From the NCBI GenBank assembly GCA_020050175.1, contig JAGVKY010000150.1, forward strand, positions 1 to 32,156: a stretch of 32,156 nt of DNA. Direction: 5' to 3'. The stretch is from Parachlamydiales bacterium. GTDB taxonomy: Bacteria; Chlamydiota; Chlamydiia; Chlamydiales; JAJFMK01. The notes beneath the pieces are model-generated. The model saw only the letters and a program-made list of their open reading frames with translations, was not told the DNA's origin and ran no database searches. The first letter of the stretch is position 1. Every line of letters begins with the position of its first letter. Of the stretch, positions 1-9,740 are shown in pieces. The translations under genes and the position numbers were made by a program.

Positions 1-8
1 CCTGCTGA

Positions 9-96
9 GGTTGCCTCAACTTTTTATTTCCCTCAACATACTTCCGCTCTTTTCTCTGCCTTCACAACTGCCTAGAGGGACTTATGCAACAACGCC
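9..96. repeat. Left copy of a perfect 88-bp inverted repeat; the partner is at 32069..32156
   Basis: I reverse-complemented 9..96 by hand and it is identical base for base to 32069..32156. The match stops at 96/97 on the inner side. It runs to the last base of the window on the right, so the repeat may extend further outward. It contains an internal direct repeat CCTCAAC (x2). Confidence 0.95.
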
Positions 97-250
97 CTGC
101 TTTGGTATGGATCCCATCAAAGAGTACTTTTTCTGTTTCAAAAAGCACTTCTTTAATTACCTCTTGGCTGGCACCAGCTCTTTCGAGGGATCGTGCGATC
201 TTTTCCGGTTCATAGGATGTTACCTCTCCATTAGCTTTGATGATTTTCAT
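62..250 (-). pseudogene. ATP-cone domain protein, 3'-truncated by the inverted repeat
   Basis: The N-terminus MKIIKANGEVTSYEPEKIARSLERAGAS...DGIHTK fits the ATP-cone pattern (xIKrdG..epFdpeKi..sL). From codon 52 the frame runs into the repeat (9..96) and ends after 11 unrelated residues. The ORF is only 62 aa, against about 90 aa for a complete domain. Confidence 0.6.
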
Positions 251-262
251 TTGGCTTCCTGC

Positions 263-1945
263 TCAACGGAAATAGGCTTTGGTGACATATTGTTGCACCA
301 TTCGTTGTGCATTGAAAAATGAACCGTTTAAGGAAATACAGTGCCGCATGACATTGATAAATCGATCTCGATCATAGAAAGTGGGAATGACAACTTTTTC
401 TAATTTCTCATAAAGATCATTTGCGTCCGATTCGTCAGTTGTAGTTCCATTAATTTGAGGTTTACCAAATGCCCAACCTGTTATTTCTTCGATACAGCCT
501 TCAATCCACCAACCGTCTGGTATGCTGAGCATAGGTACTCCATTTAATGCAGCTTTCATTCCACTTGTCCCGGAGGCTTCCATGGGGGTTTGTGGCGTAT
601 TAAGCCAAATATCCACCCCTGATGTCATTTTCTTAGCTAATTCAATGTCATAGTTTTCAAGATATACAATCTTGATTGATTGTTTTAATTGCTCTTTAAT
701 TTTAAAGATATATTTGATCACATCTTTCCCTGGTTGATCTTGAGGGTGCGCCTTTCCAGCGTAGATGACTTGAATGGGTCCTGCTTTACTTACCAATTCT
801 TTAAGCTTCTTTATATCGTGGAATAGAAGACCTCCTCGTTTATATGTCGCTGAGCGTCTTGCAAAGCCTAGAGTTAGAACATCAAAATCCAATCCTTCGT
901 TTGTTACTTGATTCACGTACTCAATAAGTGTCTTTTTTTGTGTAAAATGTGCCTCCCAGATCTCAGATTTCGGGATGCTAAGGGCAGATCGTAAACTGAA
1001 GTTATCTTCTCTCCAACCAGGAATGTGGCGATCAAATAATTCCATAAATGAGGGAGACACCCATGTTGCTGCATGAACGCCATTTGTAATTGAATCAATG
1101 GAATATTTAGCGAACATAAGGCGAGTAATTTCACCATGCCGTTTGGCTACACCATTGATATAATGGCTGAGATTTAGAGCTAAAAAGGTCGTATTTAGAA
1201 TCCCTTCGCAACAAAAAACCTCTTTCATGTCGAAAATTTCTTTACGTTGTAGAACCTTTTCAACCATGTCTAGTGGAAATTGATCATGACCCGCCACTAC
1301 AGGGGTGTGAGTCGTAAAAATGCACTGTTTCCTAACAACCTCGACCTCTTCATGTGTAAACTGCTTTTTATTTGCTTTTAGAGCTGCTTCATCTAAAAGT
1401 TCCAGTGTTAAAAGACTCGCGTGCCCCTCATTCATATGAAAACGTCTAATGTTCTCATAGCCGAGAGCCCGTAACATCCTAACGCCCCCAATCCCCAACA
1501 CGATCTCTTGGCAAAATCGATAATATTGATCACCCCCATAAAGAAAATGGGTTAAAGTTCTGTCCCATGCACTGTTTTCAGGCAAATCGGTATCCAATAA
1601 ATAAACAGGGACACTAGACCCTTCTTTGCTTGTAATATTGTATCGCCAAGCTCTTACTTGTATTTTTCTTCCTTCAACATTCACCTATATACGTTGAGGA
1701 AGTTCTTGTAAAAAGTCCGATACAATCCATACTACAGGCAGTTCGCTCTGGACCCCCTCAGAATTTAACTTTTGATAGAAATACCCTTTACGATAGAGAA
1801 GGGTAACTGCAGCCATCGGAAGTTTTTGATCAGCGGCAGAGCGCAACATGTCTCCAGCTAAAACTCCTAAACCACCACTATAGGTTGGAATGCCTTCTTC
1901 GAGAGCAATTTCCATCGAGAAAAAGGCTATGGTTTCGCTATCCAT
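263..1945 (-). pseudogene. glgP: Alpha-glucan (glycogen/maltodextrin) phosphorylase, GT35 family, interrupted by one in-frame TAG
   Basis: ORFs 1685..1945 and 263..1684 are in the same frame. They are separated only by TAG (plus-strand cta at 1685..1687), followed by GTG. The N-terminal piece has [22 protein letters not shown]. The C-terminal piece has LLDTD..N, NEGHASL and the PLP-lysine motif [13 protein letters not shown]. Joined length is about 560 aa. Confidence 0.85.
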
Positions 1946-1959
1946 GATATTCCTATGTG

Positions 1960-2544
1960 TTAAAGGGGAGGATGCATGTGGTACGGCCCAAATGTCATGC
2001 CACCTCCTAAAAATCCTGTGACATTCACCAGCAAAAATAAAAGAACAAGACTGGTGTAATAAAGTTTACTTATTCCCAACCGCTCGCGCATAAAAGCCAC
2101 GAAAATCGCAAAAACAGCTGTTGCAGAGCCAAACCACATATGCCACCACACAAAATCGGCTAACAGACCATTATAGGAGGCTGTATAACTATAAGTCAGG
2201 CCAAGAAGGGCTGTCGGAATTGCTGAAATTGCTGCTGCAAACAGCATAAAACGAGAGGCATAGTCAAAAATGGGGCTTACGTACCAAGCAAAAAGTATCT
2301 CAGAAATAACTGTCATGACAATTAAAGCGATGGGAAAATGCAGAAAAATGAAATGAAAGCTGCCGATCCATTGGGTCCAACTTTGGGGTCTGCCTTCATA
2401 TAGTTTGACTGCTGGTTGATCTTGTGTTGTTTGAACGCTTTCTTTAATTGATTTATTTTCATGCATTTCTTTATGGCCTTCGTGACCAAAAAGAAAGGTA
2501 AAACTCATCAAGCATAATAAACTTAAAATGAAAATTTTATTCAT
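1960..2544 (-). CDS. Multi-pass membrane protein, DUF2231-like, with a His-rich N-terminal segment
   Basis: It has a signal/TM segment, then [10 protein letters not shown], then four or five hydrophobic helices including [10 protein letters not shown], which resembles the DUF2231 'HP..vHfPIal' signature. The function is unknown. Confidence 0.5.
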   Translation of the reverse strand: MNKIFILSLLCLMSFTFLFGHEGHKEMHENKSIKESVQTTQDQPAVKLYEGRPQSWTQWIGSFHFIFLHFPIALIVMTVISEILFAWYVSPIFDYASRFMLFAAAISAIPTALLGLTYSYTASYNGLLADFVWWHMWFGSATAVFAIFVAFMRERLGISKLYYTSLVLLFLLVNVTGFLGGGMTFGPYHMHPPL

Positions 2545-2548
2545 TATT

Positions 2549-2607
2549 AATGTCCCATGTGCTTCATTTGATTCATCTCATTTGTGTTAGGCATATCATG
2601 GGACATT
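2549..2607. promoter_or_regulatory. Perfect 11-bp inverted repeat (AATGTCCCATG / CATGGGACATT) with a 37-nt spacer, in the only sizeable gap of the minus-strand gene string
   Basis: Arms are 2549..2559 and 2597..2607, checked by hand. It lies between the xfp stop (2657) and the start of the DUF2231-like gene (2544). No U-tract follows it on the transcribed strand. Confidence 0.4.
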
Positions 2608-2656
2608 CCTTTCACTGTTATCCCAATTACTTGCGATTTAGCCATTCATATTTCCT

Positions 2657-5065
2657 CTAATAGGGCCATTTCCAGTCACGAATTTCTGGTAAATCATCGC
2701 CAAACTGTTGAATGTATTTTTTGTGTTCCAGTAATTTGCTTTCAGCCAATTCTCTTATATAAGCAGTCATCTTGGAAAAACGCGGCACTCTTTCCACTGT
2801 ATCAACAAACAAATGGAAGCGATCTAGATCATTAAGAACAACCATGTCAAAGGGCGTAGTCGTTGTCCCTTCCTCTTTGTATCCCCGAACATGGAGATTT
2901 TTGTGGTTTGTTCTCCTATAGGTCAGACGATGGATTAGCCAAGGATAGCCGTGGAAAGCAAAAACAATCGGTTTATCGATTGTAAATAGTTCGTCAAATT
3001 CTTGATCTGAAAGACCATGGGGATGTTCGCTTTTTGGTTGAAGGACCATTAAATCGATGACATTGATAAAACGGATTTTTAAATCAGGAACATGACACCG
3101 AAGCAAGTCTATAGCCGCTAAGGTTTCCATTGTAGGAACATCTCCAGCACAAGCCATGACGACATCAGGTTCACTATTAAAATCATTGCTGGCCCATTTC
3201 CATATTCCAATACCCTTAGCACAATGCTGAACCGCTTCATCCATAGCGAGATATTGTAGAGCTGGCTGTTTTCCAGCGACAATCACATTGACATAGTTGC
3301 GGCTTCTAAGGCAGTGATCAGCGACGGAGAGTAGGGTGTTTGCGTCTGGTGGCAAATAAACTCGAATGACTTCAGCCTTTTTGTTCACGACATGGTCGAT
3401 AAAGCCGGGGTCTTGATGAGAAAATCCATTATGATCTTGACGCCATACATGCGAAGTTAAAAGGTAGTTTAACGAAGCAACCGGATGGCGCCAAGGGATG
3501 TGTCGCGTTGTTTTGAGCCATTTTGCATGTTGATTAAACATCGAATCGATAATGTGAATAAATGCCTCGTAGCAGGAAAACAAGCCGTGTCTCCCCGTCA
3601 GAAGATAACCTTCAAGCCATCCTTGACACATATGTTCGCTTAATATTTCCATGACTCTCCCGTTGGGAGAAAGATAATCATCATCACTTGAATAGATCTT
3701 TCCATCAAATGCACGTCCCGTGACTTCAAACAAGGCATCTAGTCGATTTGAAGCGGTCTCATCAGGCCCCATCACACGGAAATTTCGACTTTCCATATTC
3801 AATTTCATGATATCGCGTAAAAAGCATCCCAAGATACGCGTAGCTTCACCCTCAACGATCCCAGGCTTGGTCACTGATACAGCATAATCGCGGAAATCAG
3901 GCATGCGCAGATCTCTTAGTAAAACTCCTCCATTGGCATGAGGATTTGCTCCCATTCTACGATTCCCATGGGGAGCCAAGTCTGCAAATTCCTGTTTAAA
4001 TTTACCCTGTTCATCAAAGAGTTCCTCTGGTCGATAGCTTTTCATCCAGTCTTCTAGAAGTTTTAGTCGACTTGGATTAGTGGCAAAGTCTGTAAAAGGG
4101 ACTTGATGTGAGCGCCAGGAGCCTTCAACTTGCTTCCCATCAATTTGTTTAAGACCTGTCCACCCTTTCGGCGTCTGCAAAATAATCATTGGCCAGCGAG
4201 GTCGTTTGCTGATATTTTGGACGCGTGCACGCTGTTGAATATCTTTAATTTTAGCAACGACAACATCTAATGTTGCCGCCATCAATCGATGCATTGTTTC
4301 GGGATCTGATCCAGCAACAAAATAGGGCTGGTAACCATAGCCCCGAAAGAGATCTTCCAATTCGTCTTGATCAATACGAGCAAGCACTGTGGGATTGGCA
4401 ATTTTAAAGCCATTTAGATGGAGGATAGGTAGTACCGCACCGTCATGAATGGGATTGAGAAATTTATTCGAGTGCCAGCTAGCTGCTAATGGACCAGTTT
4501 CAGCTTCTCCATCTCCAACTACACAACAAGCAATGAGGTCAGGATTATCGAATACTGCACCATAAGCATGCGACATGACATACCCAAGCTCACCTCCCTC
4601 GTTGATTGACCCAGGAGTTTCAGGCGCCACGTGGCTAGGAATTCCCCCAGGAAAAGAAAATTGTTTGAAGAGCTTCTTCATTCCTTCTTCATTTTGAGAG
4701 ATATTGGGATAGAATTCTGAATACGTGCCTTCAAGATAAACATTAGCGACAACTCCTGGGCCACCATGTCCCGGACCAGCCAAAAAGAGCATGTCTAGAT
4801 TATGTGCTTTGATCAGACGGTTGAGATGAGCATAAATAAAATTCAACCCAGGTGTTGTTCCCCAATGCCCTAAAAGCCTACTCTTAATATGTTGTAGTGT
4901 GAGCGGCTTTTTAAGAAGCGGATTATCTAGCAGATAGATTTGCCCTACAGAAAGATAGTTTGCAGCTCTCCAATAGGCATCGATCCTCCCTACCTCTTCT
5001 GGGCTAATGGGTCTTTTAAGTTCTTCCTGATGCAAGGTAGATTTTAAGGTTGCACACTGTTCCAT
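2657..5065 (-). CDS. xfp: Xylulose-5-phosphate/fructose-6-phosphate phosphoketolase
   Basis: 802 aa. Family hallmarks are [42 protein letters not shown] and [13 protein letters not shown] (ThDP-binding region). The length is typical. Confidence 0.92.
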   Translation of the reverse strand: MEQCATLKSTLHQEELKRPISPEEVGRIDAYWRAANYLSVGQIYLLDNPLLKKPLTLQHIKSRLLGHWGTTPGLNFIYAHLNRLIKAHNLDMLFLAGPGHGGPGVVANVYLEGTYSEFYPNISQNEEGMKKLFKQFSFPGGIPSHVAPETPGSINEGGELGYVMSHAYGAVFDNPDLIACCVVGDGEAETGPLAASWHSNKFLNPIHDGAVLPILHLNGFKIANPTVLARIDQDELEDLFRGYGYQPYFVAGSDPETMHRLMAATLDVVVAKIKDIQQRARVQNISKRPRWPMIILQTPKGWTGLKQIDGKQVEGSWRSHQVPFTDFATNPSRLKLLEDWMKSYRPEELFDEQGKFKQEFADLAPHGNRRMGANPHANGGVLLRDLRMPDFRDYAVSVTKPGIVEGEATRILGCFLRDIMKLNMESRNFRVMGPDETASNRLDALFEVTGRAFDGKIYSSDDDYLSPNGRVMEILSEHMCQGWLEGYLLTGRHGLFSCYEAFIHIIDSMFNQHAKWLKTTRHIPWRHPVASLNYLLTSHVWRQDHNGFSHQDPGFIDHVVNKKAEVIRVYLPPDANTLLSVADHCLRSRNYVNVIVAGKQPALQYLAMDEAVQHCAKGIGIWKWASNDFNSEPDVVMACAGDVPTMETLAAIDLLRCHVPDLKIRFINVIDLMVLQPKSEHPHGLSDQEFDELFTIDKPIVFAFHGYPWLIHRLTYRRTNHKNLHVRGYKEEGTTTTPFDMVVLNDLDRFHLFVDTVERVPRFSKMTAYIRELAESKLLEHKKYIQQFGDDLPEIRDWKWPY

Positions 5066-5071
5066 AATACC

Positions 5072-8000
5072 TTATTGAGCTGGGTCACTAGACTTTGCTA
5101 ATTTCTTAAATTCACGATTTTTCCAGATGAAAAAAATGGCTGGATAGATAAAAAGTTCACTAATAAATGATGTGGCAAGACCACCTACCATGGGGGCTGC
5201 AACGCGTTTCATCACGTCCGCACCTTCACCTGTGCTCCATAGAAGTGGTAATAATCCAAGCATGGCCACCGAAACTGTCATTAGTTTTGGGCGAATACGT
5301 TTAGCCGCACCTTCCACGACAGAATCCTGTAAATCAGCAAGGGAATTCAACTTTCCTTCCTGTTTCCGGCGATTGTAAGCAAGTGTTAGATAAAGAAGCA
5401 TGACAACACCCGTTTCTGCATCCAACCCAGCTAAGGCAATGAATCCTACCCAAACAGCAATACTGAGATTATAATTCAAAAAATAAAGTAACCACAGAGC
5501 ACCAATTAGAGAAAAAGGTACGGCTAATAAAACGATACCTGTTTCCACGAAAGACTTTGTGTTGAAGTACAACAAAATAAAAACTGCCAACAAAGTCACT
5601 GGTAAAATTGTCCTAAGTTGTTCCATAGCACTTTGAAAATAAAGAAACTGGCCCGCCCATTCTAAACTCATTCCAGCCGGTATGACGACTTCATCTTTGA
5701 CGGCCTCTTTTGCCTGTTTGACATAATCAACAAGAGGAACTTCGCCTGGATCAACGTACACAAATCCCACTAGGTTAGCATTTTGACTGCGCACCATATC
5801 TGGCCCTCGTACAAAATTAATTGATGAGACTTGAGATAGAGGTATTTGATCACCAGCTTCTGTAGTAACAAAGACGCGTCGTAGAGTATCTGGATCTTCT
5901 CGGAATTCTCGTGCATAACGGACATTGACGGGGTAGCGCTCGCGCTTTTCAATCGTTGTCGTTACATTCATCCCCCCAATAGCTGAAGTGATGATATCTT
6001 CAATGTTTTTGACACGTAAACCATAGCGTGAGGCTTCGCGACGATTTACTGCAAAATCCATGTAAAAGGCACCTACAGATCGTTCAGCGTAGGCACTTAG
6101 TGTACCAGGTATTTTAGATACTGCTGCTTCAATGTCTAAGGATGTTTTTTCTATTTGTGCAAGGTCATCTCCATAGACTAAAATCCCTATAGGACTGCGA
6201 ATCCCCGTTGCAAGCATTTCGGTACGCGTTTGTATAGGCTGCCACCAGATATTCGTCATCCCTGGATATTGCAATTTTCCGTTCATTTCTTTAATAAGTC
6301 CCTCATAAGTGACTCCTGGACGCCATTGGTTTTTTGGTTTTAGAACAATGGTTGTTTCAACCATGCTGATAGGAGCGGGATCGGTCGCGGTGTTGGCTTT
6401 GCCCATTTTGCCTAAAACTGACTGCACTTCTGGAAACTGCATGATCTCTTGATCCGAAGCCTGTAAAAAATTGCCTGCTTCGGTGATCGACATTCCTGGA
6501 GATGTCGTCGGCATATAAAGGAGTGTTCCTTCATATAATGGCGGCATAAATTCTCTTCCCAGACTTAGCCACAAAGGGATGACTGGAATTAGAAACAAAA
6601 ATGCTACTAAAATAACTTTCTTAGGGTTTTTTACTACAAAATTCACAACTGGAATATATAGCGCAATAATCCAGCGATTAAGGGGATTTTTTTCTTCTTT
6701 CGATATCTTCCCTCTTATGACTAATGCGGCTATGGCAGGAATAAGTGTTATAGAAAGGATAGCTGCCCACCCAAGAGCGTAAGTTGTCGTAAATGCCAAA
6801 GGCTTAAATAGACGCCCTTCTCGTCCACTTAGTGAAAAAATGGGCATGAATGCTACAGTCATGACCAACAACGAGAAAAAGATGGAGGGCCCAACCTCTT
6901 GCATGGCTTCGATCAGCATGCCTAGCCGTGTACCAGGGCGACCTTCGAGCTCCCATTTCTCGTACTTCTTATTAATGTTTTCTATAATAATGATAGAGGC
7001 ATCCACCATAGAACCAATAGCCAATGCAATACCCCCTAGAGACATAATATTGGCAGACAGTCCTTGATAAAAAAGAGGAATAAAGGCGAGTAAGACGGCA
7101 AGCGGAAGTGCTAAAATGGGAATCAAGGCACTTTTTACGTTGAGCAGAAAAATAAAAACAATGACGCTGACAACGATCATCTGTTCAATTAAAGTGTCGG
7201 TCAGAGTTTTGATGGATCCTTCAATGAGTTCTGAACGATCATACCAAGTCACGAGTTTCACCCCTTTTGGTAAACTCGGTTCAATTTCCTTCAATTTGGC
7301 TTTTACGTCCTGGATAACCCTCAAAGGATTTTCCCCATATCGCATCACAACGATGCCGGCCACCACATTTCCTTTTCCATCGAGATCTGTGACCGCCCGT
7401 TGCGTTTCGGGACCGAGTTGGACCACGGCGACATCGCGGAGATAGATGGGATTCTTCTTTTCGTCCAAGGTGAGCACGATCTCTTCAAGATCTTGAATAT
7501 TTTTTATATAGCCACGAGCGCGAACCATATATTCAAATTCAGCAATCTCAATGACCTCCCCACCTGTATCATTGTTCGATTCTTTGATTGCTTGTGAGAC
7601 AGCTTCTATCGAAATGTTGTAGGAACGCAATTTATTAGGATCAATATTCACTTGATACTGTTTGACAAATCCACCAACTGAAGCAATCTCAGAAACACCA
7701 TGGACACTTCTCAATGCATAACGAATTTTCCAATCTTGAATGGAACGAAGTTGTTCCAAATCATTCTCACCTGTTTCATCAACGACTGCGTAACCATATA
7801 CCCAACCAACGCCGGTAGCATCGGGGCCAAGTGTTGGCGTTACTCCTTCTGGGAGCTTGGCTTGGATGCCCCCTAAATACTCAATGATTCTGCTTCTTGC
7901 CCAATAGATATCTGTCCCGTCTTCAAAAATAATATAGACAAATGAATAACCAAAAGCAGATAAACCTCTGACATATTTTACTTTAGGGGCCGAAAGAAAT

Positions 8001-8245
8001 TCCGAAGATATAGGATAAGTAATCTGGTCTTCAACTAATTCAGGAGTTCTTCCAGGCCATTCTGTGTAAACGATCACTTGCACATCAGATAAGTCTGGGA
8101 TCGCATCCATAGGTACTTGACGCAAAGATTGAACCGCCCATACACCTAACCCAGCAATTAAAAGGATCGTTAGTACAATATTGTTAGCACAACCGGAGAT
8201 GATTTTAGAAATGAATGAGGGCTCACTTTTCTCATTTTGGTTCAT
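5072..8245 (-). CDS. cusA: Heavy-metal efflux RND transporter, CusA-like (Cu(I)/Ag(I) type)
   Basis: 1057 aa, and it can be aligned by eye with E. coli CusA along its whole length (DA(I/L)PDLSDVQVI, FEDGTD.YWARSR, LGPDATGVGW). The three Met residues of the CusA metal site are conserved in context: LLYMPTT, ISMVETT and TEMLATGI. Confidence 0.9.
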   Translation of the reverse strand: MNQNEKSEPSFISKIISGCANNIVLTILLIAGLGVWAVQSLRQVPMDAIPDLSDVQVIVYTEWPGRTPELVEDQITYPISSEFLSAPKVKYVRGLSAFGYSFVYIIFEDGTDIYWARSRIIEYLGGIQAKLPEGVTPTLGPDATGVGWVYGYAVVDETGENDLEQLRSIQDWKIRYALRSVHGVSEIASVGGFVKQYQVNIDPNKLRSYNISIEAVSQAIKESNNDTGGEVIEIAEFEYMVRARGYIKNIQDLEEIVLTLDEKKNPIYLRDVAVVQLGPETQRAVTDLDGKGNVVAGIVVMRYGENPLRVIQDVKAKLKEIEPSLPKGVKLVTWYDRSELIEGSIKTLTDTLIEQMIVVSVIVFIFLLNVKSALIPILALPLAVLLAFIPLFYQGLSANIMSLGGIALAIGSMVDASIIIIENINKKYEKWELEGRPGTRLGMLIEAMQEVGPSIFFSLLVMTVAFMPIFSLSGREGRLFKPLAFTTTYALGWAAILSITLIPAIAALVIRGKISKEEKNPLNRWIIALYIPVVNFVVKNPKKVILVAFLFLIPVIPLWLSLGREFMPPLYEGTLLYMPTTSPGMSITEAGNFLQASDQEIMQFPEVQSVLGKMGKANTATDPAPISMVETTIVLKPKNQWRPGVTYEGLIKEMNGKLQYPGMTNIWWQPIQTRTEMLATGIRSPIGILVYGDDLAQIEKTSLDIEAAVSKIPGTLSAYAERSVGAFYMDFAVNRREASRYGLRVKNIEDIITSAIGGMNVTTTIEKRERYPVNVRYAREFREDPDTLRRVFVTTEAGDQIPLSQVSSINFVRGPDMVRSQNANLVGFVYVDPGEVPLVDYVKQAKEAVKDEVVIPAGMSLEWAGQFLYFQSAMEQLRTILPVTLLAVFILLYFNTKSFVETGIVLLAVPFSLIGALWLLYFLNYNLSIAVWVGFIALAGLDAETGVVMLLYLTLAYNRRKQEGKLNSLADLQDSVVEGAAKRIRPKLMTVSVAMLGLLPLLWSTGEGADVMKRVAAPMVGGLATSFISELFIYPAIFFIWKNREFKKLAKSSDPAQ

Positions 8246-9740
8246 CTTCTACGCCCCAATATTGCATCGCTGTAAGGATTCGACTTTCAGCGGCAATAAG
8301 AAAGTTTCCAGATGTTACTACCCGATCACCTAATTTAAGACCTGAAAGCACTTCATAATACCCATTGCTTCGCAATCCCACTTTTATTTTCTTAGGGCTC
8401 AAGCGACCATCTCCCAAATCGAGAAAAACTAACCGACCATCTCCGAGATATATCACCGCAGATTCTGGTACTTGTAAGCGCACCCCCAAAGCGATATCAA
8501 GTTCGACATTTGCATACATATCGGGTAGTAGCTCTTGAACGGGATTATCCAATTGAAAAAGCACCTGTCCTGTCCTGGCGTTTCCATTCAAATAGGGATA
8601 GATATAAGAAGCATGTGCGCTGTAAGTTTTCCCAGGTAGATAAGGCAGAGTAATAGTTGCCTTGTCACCAGGCCGGATTCGCAAGATATCGGACTGATAA
8701 ATTTCGGCTTTTAGCCAGACATTCGTAATTGGGACGATGCGGAAAACTTTCATCCCCGGTTCAACGATGTCCCCTTCAACGACATCCTTTTCAATGACAT
8801 ACCCATCCACAGCAGCTATAAAGGGCATCTTTTCAAAGGGTTCTTGCTTAGAGGTAATTTCATCGATTTGCTCATCGGATATACCCCAAAGCTTTAGACG
8901 TTCTATCGCTGATTTTATGATGGGCTTAGCACCTTCAACCTCTTCCCTTGATTTCTTAGATTCTCTTTTTAAAATTTGTAAGTATTCTTTTTGAGCCGCA
9001 TATAGGTCAGGGCTATACAAAGTGAAGAGAACTTGTCCTTTTTTTACATATTCACCTTTATAGTCGACTGTCAAATCAGTAATCCATCCCCGAACTCTGA
9101 TTGTCACATCGCTGAGTTCGGTTTCATTGTAAGTAATATTTCCAAAAGCTCGAATGACCAAATGCATCGGCCCTTCAATAACAGGTCCTGTGCGGACGCC
9201 AAACATTTGACGTCGTTGCGGTCCGACAGCAACGTCATATTTATTAGCCTCTTCTTTTTTGGCTCCTCCCCCTTCAGAGATTTTTGTTAATCCTTCCTGA
9301 CCTGTAGATAAGGTAAAGCGACCCCATCCTATACCTTGAGGCGTGCTGACAGTGACATTTAATGTCCAAATTTCCTTGTTTGGTAAATCTAGCTTGGCCT
9401 TATAGACCCCGTTGCTTTCCTCCTGAGCCTTTCCTGTTTTTCGTATCCCAGGCATCCCTGGCATGCTAGGTGCCTCATAGGCAATTTCAACTTGAGCCTT
9501 CTCTAATGCCACTCCCTTGGCATCTATTATCTTGATGATTAAAGTGTTGTCTTTTTCTCGAGGAGGATCGGGTGTTATTGAAACTTCAAAAACAAAGTTT
9601 TCTTCTTTAACGGCAGCACTTGGTGATTGTTTTTCAAGAAAGAAATTTGCGAATGTGGGAGTAAACTTAACCGCAAGCCCAGTGATGATGGCAGCAATCG
9701 ACACGAGTATAATAAGAAGAATGATGGTTTTTTTATTCAT
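8232..9740 (-). CDS. cusB: Membrane fusion protein (CusB/HlyD family) with an extra N-terminal Met-rich beta-sandwich-like domain
   Basis: The C-terminal two thirds fit the periplasmic adaptor pattern: a lipoyl/barrel region and a coiled-coil LYAAQKEYLQ. The N-terminal roughly 150 aa (FVFEVSITPDPP...APSMPGMPG...VYKAKLDL) looks like a YtkA/FixH-type metal-associated domain. I prefer the ATG at 9740 (MNKKTIILL) because it is preceded by GAAAGGA. The ORF track starts at 9779. Confidence 0.8.
   Translation of the reverse strand: MNKKTIILLIILVSIAAIITGLAVKFTPTFANFFLEKQSPSAAVKEENFVFEVSITPDPPREKDNTLIIKIIDAKGVALEKAQVEIAYEAPSMPGMPGIRKTGKAQEESNGVYKAKLDLPNKEIWTLNVTVSTPQGIGWGRFTLSTGQEGLTKISEGGGAKKEEANKYDVAVGPQRRQMFGVRTGPVIEGPMHLVIRAFGNITYNETELSDVTIRVRGWITDLTVDYKGEYVKKGQVLFTLYSPDLYAAQKEYLQILKRESKKSREEVEGAKPIIKSAIERLKLWGISDEQIDEITSKQEPFEKMPFIAAVDGYVIEKDVVEGDIVEPGMKVFRIVPITNVWLKAEIYQSDILRIRPGDKATITLPYLPGKTYSAHASYIYPYLNGNARTGQVLFQLDNPVQELLPDMYANVELDIALGVRLQVPESAVIYLGDGRLVFLDLGDGRLSPKKIKVGLRSNGYYEVLSGLKLGDRVVTSGNFLIAAESRILTAMQYWGVEDEPK

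Noticed and set aside
11-322. A 103-aa plus-strand ORF at the left edge
   Set aside because: It runs antisense to the ATP-cone ORF and the glgP 3' end and starts inside the inverted repeat. Its composition is low-complexity (Phe/Leu/Ser rich) and I recognise no motif. It is most likely a shadow ORF.
5172-7597. Several 60-109-aa plus-strand ORFs inside cusA (5172..5378, 6579..6782, 6840..7067, 7116..7445, 7400..7597)
   Set aside because: All are antisense to a full-length, strongly supported RND transporter gene and have no recognisable motifs. They are typical shadow ORFs. The same applies to 8737..9759 (+) within cusB, 10820..11493 (+) within cusC/atpG, 14391..15097 (+) within atpE/atpB, 15977..17429 (+) within atpC/atpD, and the minus-strand ORFs inside the tra genes.
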